From the NCBI GenBank assembly GCA_963662465.1, contig OY759599.1, positions 2,144,001-2,208,000 of the forward strand: DNA of 64,000 bases, given 5' to 3'. The position numbers and the translations under genes are program-made. Source of the DNA: Desulfatiglandales bacterium. Lineage in GTDB: Bacteria > Desulfobacterota > DSM-4660 > Desulfatiglandales > Desulfatiglandaceae. The notes under the pieces were generated by a model, which worked only from the letters and a program-made list of their open reading frames with translations, was not told the origin of the DNA and made no database searches. Within the stretch, counting starts at the first letter, position 1. The number at the start of each line of letters is the position of its first letter. This document shows, piece by piece, positions 58,459 to 64,000 of this stretch.

Positions 58459-59553
58459 TCACCCCTTATCGGAGACAACCCTGTTTCCCCCGGCATTTCT
58501 TGCGGACTCAAGAGCCTCAAGCGTACGCCGTGTAACCGTTCCCGCGGTATCCCCATTTTTAAACCGGGTTACACCCATGGAAATCGTGAAAGAAAGGACA
58601 TGCTCACTTCGCATATCATCCAGCGTATACTTGCTCTTCGCAATGGTTTTGCAAAACTGTTTTGATCTTTTGACGGCCTTTTTGAGGGATTCACCGGGAA
58701 AGACCATAACAAAAAGCCCCGCCTGATAACGTGCCGAAAAATCGCCCGTTTTTAGAAATTCTCTGCATTTCTCCGCGATGGCCAATACAACCCGATCACC
58801 CAGTTTGCGTCCGTAGGTTTCTTTAATCTTGTCGAATTCATCAATATCCAGGGCCACCATTGAAAAAGAGGTACGATCAATGGCATTTCCTTCCACGGCC
58901 TTTCGGATATACCTTTCAAAGGCATCCATGTTGTAAATACCGGTTAAGCCATCCCTCAGGGTCCCCTTCTCCGCCTTTTCCAGCTCCTCGGAAAGCGCTT
59001 TGATCTTTTCCGTAAGCATCGCTTTCTGTTTATCATCTCGGGACTGCTTTTCCCTGACCTTTTCCCGCACCTCTTCAATCACCATTTTCAAGGCGCTTTT
59101 CATTTCCTTAATATCGCTCAGGGTTGTGGCTTGCTCTATTCTGCTGGTTTGGGCCAGCATTTTCTCGGAGAAATCGTCATTGTCTACGCTGACTTTCGCC
59201 ATGGCACGGGTTAAAAAATCAATCATTTCCTTAAATTCAGTTTCCCTGGCTGCCAGATAAAGATTCTGTTCCTTAATAAAGAGGTGCATCATTTTTTTAT
59301 TTTTTTCAAAAAATGATCCGACCTCCTTAATTTTTTTCCCGGTCTTTATTTTCTGAGCCAATGCCGCAATCACACTTCTGAATTCCTTGGTATTCAGTTC
59401 CTTTGCATTCAAGGAAAAAGCCTTAAGAAAAAGAAGCAGCACCCCTATGAAATCAGAAATGAACCGTTGAACCTCTTCGTTCTCCTTAGAAGTTTTTGAG
59501 GATTGGATAGTTCCTTCGGAAGCTCTTTTTTTTCTTCTGAAAAGGTTTCTCAT
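58459..59553 (-). CDS. Coiled-coil plus degenerate GGDEF-domain protein
   Basis: DGLTGIYN, DIDEF, ARYQAGLF in place of RYGGEEF, TISMGV, GGNRV. Confidence 0.85.
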   Translation of the reverse strand: MRNLFRRKKRASEGTIQSSKTSKENEEVQRFISDFIGVLLLFLKAFSLNAKELNTKEFRSVIAALAQKIKTGKKIKEVGSFFEKNKKMMHLFIKEQNLYLAARETEFKEMIDFLTRAMAKVSVDNDDFSEKMLAQTSRIEQATTLSDIKEMKSALKMVIEEVREKVREKQSRDDKQKAMLTEKIKALSEELEKAEKGTLRDGLTGIYNMDAFERYIRKAVEGNAIDRTSFSMVALDIDEFDKIKETYGRKLGDRVVLAIAEKCREFLKTGDFSARYQAGLFVMVFPGESLKKAVKRSKQFCKTIAKSKYTLDDMRSEHVLSFTISMGVTRFKNGDTAGTVTRRTLEALESARNAGGNRVVSDKG

Positions 59554-59582
59554 TTTTTTCACCCCGTCGTCAAAACATAGTT

Positions 59583-60749
59583 CTAATGGGCCATTACCCG
59601 CGACAACAGATGCCCGACTCTTTTGAGACTCTGAAGGCTGTCCGCCGCCATAAAGTGATCCACGTATGGAAGGGCAATATTCATCCCCCGGCAAAGGGGT
59701 TCATAATCCGGGTCCCCTGCCAGGGGGTTCAACCAGATCACGCAATGGCACTTGCGACTCAAATGATCCATTTCCCTTCTCAAAAGATCTTTGACCCCCA
59801 GATCCCATCCATCGCTCAACACCACCACCACGGTCCTTTGATTGAGAAGCCGTTGGCCATGAATTTCATTGAATTGATGCAGGGAAAAGCCGATGCGGGT
59901 GCCCCCTGACCAATCCGGAACTTCCCGTGCAATACGGGAAACGACTTTTTCAAAACTCATATGGCGAACGCTGAACGTAATGGAGGTCAATGAAGTGGAA
60001 AACACAAACACTTCAGACCTGGAGCCCACCCCCCGAAGGCCTAGAAGAAAGGGCATAACAAATTGAGCATACCGATCCATGGAACCGCTCACATCCGCCA
60101 GAATCACCAGGCGCTTGAGCCTCTTTTTTTTCTGTTTGTAAAATAGTTCCAGAGGCGTTCCGCCGGTTTTGAGGCTTTTCCGGATGACGCGTTGAAAATC
60201 CATTCCCCCGGATTTTCGCGTTCTCCTGGAACGTCTTGATTTATCGATCTTAAAAGGCGCCATCATCTTCTTGAGTGCCAGGTTGGCCACCTGAACATCG
60301 GCTTTGTTAAAACGACCCAGATCTTTTTTCTCAACCGTTGATACGATAGGGCTGTACGCCACGCCTTCAAGCCACTCTCTGTCCTCGGAATCCTTTTCTT
60401 TCTCCGATTGTTCGCTTTTGGCTTCCAATTGACACGCATCCCCATCTCCGATATTTTCGGCATCCGGGTTAGGCGTTTTCGGATCATCTTCCGCTTTTTT
60501 GACGGGTTCATCCATCCGGGTCCAGAATTCGTCAAAAAGGGGTTCAAACTGCTGCCACTCAAGATCGGAGGCCACCAGATTGGAACGGAGACAGCAAAAG
60601 AAGTCCGCTTTGTTCTCAAGAGAGATGGCCTCAAGTCCCCGTAACGCATCCTGAATACTGCTCTGAAAAACCTTAAAACCGCGATCCTTGAGAAACGCCG
60701 CAAACTGGATAATTTTCCTTACAAGACCTTCATTTTCGAATGTCATCAC
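59583..60749 (-). CDS. CoxE-like VWA-domain protein
   Basis: DVSGSM, WSGGTRIG, SDGWD, WLNP. Confidence 0.92.
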   Translation of the reverse strand: MMTFENEGLVRKIIQFAAFLKDRGFKVFQSSIQDALRGLEAISLENKADFFCCLRSNLVASDLEWQQFEPLFDEFWTRMDEPVKKAEDDPKTPNPDAENIGDGDACQLEAKSEQSEKEKDSEDREWLEGVAYSPIVSTVEKKDLGRFNKADVQVANLALKKMMAPFKIDKSRRSRRTRKSGGMDFQRVIRKSLKTGGTPLELFYKQKKKRLKRLVILADVSGSMDRYAQFVMPFLLGLRGVGSRSEVFVFSTSLTSITFSVRHMSFEKVVSRIAREVPDWSGGTRIGFSLHQFNEIHGQRLLNQRTVVVVLSDGWDLGVKDLLRREMDHLSRKCHCVIWLNPLAGDPDYEPLCRGMNIALPYVDHFMAADSLQSLKRVGHLLSRVMAH

Positions 60750-60774
60750 TTCACCGCTAAAATGGCCTGGTCGT

Positions 60775-61713
60775 TCATTCGTCCCTTAACCGGCGCCCCA
60801 AATATTCTTCCCGGATATTGGGATCGAACCAGATCTCCTGAATAAAGCGCCCGATATCCTCCTGGTACTTGAGGAAACATCCCAGGGTTTCCTGGACCAC
60901 GGCTTCATCCAGATACTTTTTTTCCATGACCATCAGGGCTTTCGCCCAGTCAAGGGTTTCGGAAATCCCGGGCTTTTTCAAAAAATCAAAGGACCTGATC
61001 TTCTGCATAAAATGGGTAACCTGCCCGGCAAACCGCGATTCAATTCCCGGCAGGCGGGTCATGATGATCTCGTACTCCTTTTCAAAGGTGGGATAATCAA
61101 TCCAGTGATACAGGCAACGCCGCTTCAGGGCGTCATGAACATCACGGGTGCGGTTGGAGGTTACCACCACCATGGGTTTCTTTTTGGCTTTCAGGGTGCC
61201 GATCTCGGGGATGGTGATTTGAAAATCGCTCAGCACTTCCAAAAGAAAGGCTTCAAACTCCTCATCGGATCGGTCAATTTCATCAATGAGAAGAACGGGG
61301 GCTTTTTCATCGGACTTCCGAATGGCCTCCAGCAGGGGGCGTTCCACCAAAAATTCGGGACTGTAAATGAGCGCCTCAATCTCATCTTGTTTCTTTTCTC
61401 CCCGTTCTTCAAGCCTGATGTGTAAAAGCTGTTTGGGATAATTCCATTCATAAAGGGCTGTTGAAGCGTCCAGACCCTCATAGCACTGAAGACGGATCAG
61501 ATCCGTTTGAAAAAGCCGGCTCATGACAATGGCCACTTCCGTCTTACCCACACCCGGTTCGCCTTCCAGAAAAATAGGTTTTTCGAGTTTGTGGGCTAAA
61601 AAAAGTACGGTTGCCAGAGCACGATCCGCCACATAATGCCCCTCGGCCAACTCGCTAACCACCTGTTCTATTGATTCGAAATGGGAAAACAAAAGTTCCT
61701 CCTTCCACGCCAA
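60775..61713 (-). CDS. MoxR-family AAA+ ATPase (CoxD-like)
   Basis: GEPGVGKT, RLQCYEGLD, LLIDEIDR, TSNRTR, ALKRRC. Confidence 0.93.
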   Translation of the reverse strand: MAWKEELLFSHFESIEQVVSELAEGHYVADRALATVLFLAHKLEKPIFLEGEPGVGKTEVAIVMSRLFQTDLIRLQCYEGLDASTALYEWNYPKQLLHIRLEERGEKKQDEIEALIYSPEFLVERPLLEAIRKSDEKAPVLLIDEIDRSDEEFEAFLLEVLSDFQITIPEIGTLKAKKKPMVVVTSNRTRDVHDALKRRCLYHWIDYPTFEKEYEIIMTRLPGIESRFAGQVTHFMQKIRSFDFLKKPGISETLDWAKALMVMEKKYLDEAVVQETLGCFLKYQEDIGRFIQEIWFDPNIREEYLGRRLRDE

Positions 61714-61817
61714 GCCGGGTCAGAAAAAAACACATCCTTGATTTGAAAACTGCTATACTTTATGATTGGGATTGAGGTCAAGACATTACCCCTTATCAAG
61801 GATAACCATCCTCGGCC

Positions 61818-62054
61818 ATGAGAAAAAAAAAGAAAAAGGAAAAAACCCCCTCCCCTGAATTATTGAGCAAACTGGTAATTCTGGAAAATACAGCGGCGGA
61901 AAAGGGAATACAAGTTCATTATGACCGACTTGAGGCTGCGGGCCTGAGGCTCAACGGCGGTCTATGCGCCCTCAATGGAGAATCTCACCTTTTTATTGAA
62001 AAGCGCAAATCCATTGCGGACAAGATCGATTTTCTCAAGCATTATCTTGATTGA
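61818..62054 (+). CDS. Hypothetical protein
   Basis: 78 aa, LENTAAEKGIQVHYDR...GGLCAL...LFIEK; plausible composition. Confidence 0.65.
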   Translation: MRKKKKKEKTPSPELLSKLVILENTAAEKGIQVHYDRLEAAGLRLNGGLCALNGESHLFIEKRKSIADKIDFLKHYLD

Positions 62055-62057
62055 CAC

Positions 62058-63440
62058 ATGTCAGTCATGAAAATTTCGGTCGGAAGGGATAAACAAAAAT
62101 TCATGGAAGACCTGATACCTCAGCGAAACCGACAGAAAAAAGCCATTCATGGAAAACGGATGATCTTCTTGTATGCCACAGTGTTCCTTCAGCTTTTTTT
62201 TCTGTTCCACCCCCCTGATTCGGACGCCAAAAAATGCATTTCATGCGAACGTCAAATCAAAAGCAGCGACTCCTTCCTGGTGGCAACATCCTCGGGAAAA
62301 ATACTCTTTGAAAAAAATGCCGGAAAACAGCGCATTCCAGCATCGACCCTCAAGGTATTGACAGCCCTGGCGGCACTCAACCATTTTGGACCTTCCTATC
62401 GCTTTCAGACGGAATTCTACATGGATCCCCATCAAAATTTGAAAATCAAGGGATATGGCGACCCGCTGCTCATCTCTGAAGTCCTGCATCAGATAGCGGA
62501 CATCGTGTCAAAACGGACGGGGTCTTTCCGAAACATTATTTTGGACAACACCTATTTTTCATCCCGAATCAGCGTACCCGGATGCGAAAACACAACGAAC
62601 CCCTATGATGCGCCCATTGGCGCCCTGTGCGCAAATTTTAATACCATCGCCTTTAAATTCAGAAAAAACAGACCTTGTTCCACCGAAAGCCAAACGCCCA
62701 TGGTCCCTTTCATGGCGCATCAAATTCGAGCCCTGGGCCTCCAAAGCGGCAGGAGAACCTTCACCCACAATTCAAAAGAGGCGGCCCTTTATGTGGGAGA
62801 ATTACTTCGACATCTTTTGAAAGAAAGAGGCGTCAAAACCCGGGGGACCATCCGTTTCGGCACGGTTCTCCCCTCGGACACCCTCATCTTCACCTACAAA
62901 TCCATATTTCCCCTGGAAACAGTTGTGGAAAAAATGCTTCATTCTTCCAGCAACTTTATGGCCAATCAGATTTTTGTTGCACTTGGGGCTTCGGTTTACG
63001 GCCCGCCGGGCACCCTGGCCAAAGGCATCCGGGCAACCCAGGCGTATATCAAAAAAGAACTGGGTCTAAAACATATTAAACTGGTTGAGGGGTCCGGCTT
63101 ATCGCGGCAAAATCATCTCTCCGCATACGATATGCTGGCCATTCTGGAAAAATTCAAACCCTATAGAAATCTTCTTAAAAGACAGGATCAAGTTCTTTAC
63201 AAAACGGGCTCTCTTAAGGGCATCAGCGCACGGACCGGATACATCGAGGACCCACCCTTTGCACCATACTACTTTGCCGTCTTTTTTAACCGAACAGGAT
63301 CAAACATGGCAACCATGGTCAGCTGCCTTAAAAAGGCAATTGAAAAGGCGGCCGGCAGCCAAACGGGATTGATTAAAGTACACCCCCGGCAGGACGCTCC
63401 CACTTTTTCAAACATCACGCAGTCCTTCCCTAAACCCTGA
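62058..63440 (+). CDS. dacB: D-alanyl-D-alanine carboxypeptidase/endopeptidase (peptidase S13); true start probably further downstream
   Basis: PASTLK (SxxK), SSN (SxN), EGSGLSRQN, KTGSL. Confidence 0.9.
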   Translation: MSVMKISVGRDKQKFMEDLIPQRNRQKKAIHGKRMIFLYATVFLQLFFLFHPPDSDAKKCISCERQIKSSDSFLVATSSGKILFEKNAGKQRIPASTLKVLTALAALNHFGPSYRFQTEFYMDPHQNLKIKGYGDPLLISEVLHQIADIVSKRTGSFRNIILDNTYFSSRISVPGCENTTNPYDAPIGALCANFNTIAFKFRKNRPCSTESQTPMVPFMAHQIRALGLQSGRRTFTHNSKEAALYVGELLRHLLKERGVKTRGTIRFGTVLPSDTLIFTYKSIFPLETVVEKMLHSSSNFMANQIFVALGASVYGPPGTLAKGIRATQAYIKKELGLKHIKLVEGSGLSRQNHLSAYDMLAILEKFKPYRNLLKRQDQVLYKTGSLKGISARTGYIEDPPFAPYYFAVFFNRTGSNMATMVSCLKKAIEKAAGSQTGLIKVHPRQDAPTFSNITQSFPKP

Positions 63441-63456
63441 ACCTAGACGCCGCTGC

Positions 63457-63735
63457 TTATTTTTTGAAAAGCGCCTCAAGGGCTGCTTTCGCATCGTCGG
63501 TCCTGCCGTTCCTTTTCACGGGCGTCCCTCTCGGACTGTAATATCCACAAAAATTGGCCCGTTCTTTGTCCGTAATGCGCTCCGCCATCACTTCTTTGCA
63601 TTCATTATAGGCATGATGGTCAAAAAACTGACACTGCTTGCAGCATCTCAAATCCATTGAACAGTGAGGACACGTGTCATTTCGCATCACCTTATCTTCC
63701 AATATAATCTCCGCCCCACAAAAAGCACAATTCAT
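63457..63735 (-). CDS. Conserved Cys-rich small protein
   Basis: CAFCG, CPHC, CKQC, ERANFCGYY, ALEALFKK; GGAGG RBS. Confidence 0.8.
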   Translation of the reverse strand: MNCAFCGAEIILEDKVMRNDTCPHCSMDLRCCKQCQFFDHHAYNECKEVMAERITDKERANFCGYYSPRGTPVKRNGRTDDAKAALEALFKK

Positions 63736-63823
63736 CAGACTTCCTCCATAATTAACAATCACCATTATGTTCCCACCGGAACAAAAAATTGACAAACCAA
63801 ATTGAAACGCCTACTCTTTTTTT

Positions 63824-63907
63824 ATGGATTTAAACAGACCCGAATTTGGGACCTTCGACCATACCGCTGACCTGGGGCTCGTGGTAATTAGAAATTCAAA
63901 TGGTTGA
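63824..63907 (+). pseudogene. Archease N-terminal stub, apparently interrupted
   Basis: FDHTADLGLVV motif, then loss of similarity and a stop. Confidence 0.6.
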
Positions 63908-64000
63908 CCGGATTTACGATCATGAAACAGACTTTTGGCGCCTGTTGCCACGGCAAGGGCCGCGTCCTCAGCCGAACACAGGCGCTGAAAATAGCCAAGG

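Noticed and set aside
59583..61713. CO dehydrogenase cluster
   Set aside because: Only the CoxD/CoxE-like chaperone pair is present, with no coxLMS.

Overview
A bacterial window that looks like an anaerobic Desulfobacterota (Desulfobacterales/Desulfatiglans-like) genome; this taxonomy is an inference from gene content and repeat style. About the first 52 kb is a decaying accessory mosaic. It holds many two-component and hybrid kinases, a PilB/GspE ATPase fused to a receiver domain, a split phenylphosphate-synthase-like dikinase operon, and two copies of a rifampin-phosphotransferase-like dikinase. It also holds about six toxin-antitoxin or defence-type modules, many truncated or internally deleted genes, and several mobile elements. 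The last 12 kb is more core-like: a wax-ester-type lipid cluster, CoxD/CoxE, dacB and an archease stub. The most notable signals are: (1) a 4.7-kb IS21-like element with TCTT...AAGA ends whose single operon is Zn-finger, wHTH, ParB-like, istA, istB, behind a structured leader; (2) a 124-bp GTT-bounded insert that splits hipA precisely and whose joined-ends sequence recurs at 38.5 kb; (3) ISL3-like MITEs carrying different REP-doublet cargos; (4) heptamer repeats translated in frame in the same loop of two histidine kinases; (5) different TA pairs at the same border of a duplicated segment. No rRNA, tRNA or CRISPR array was recognised.
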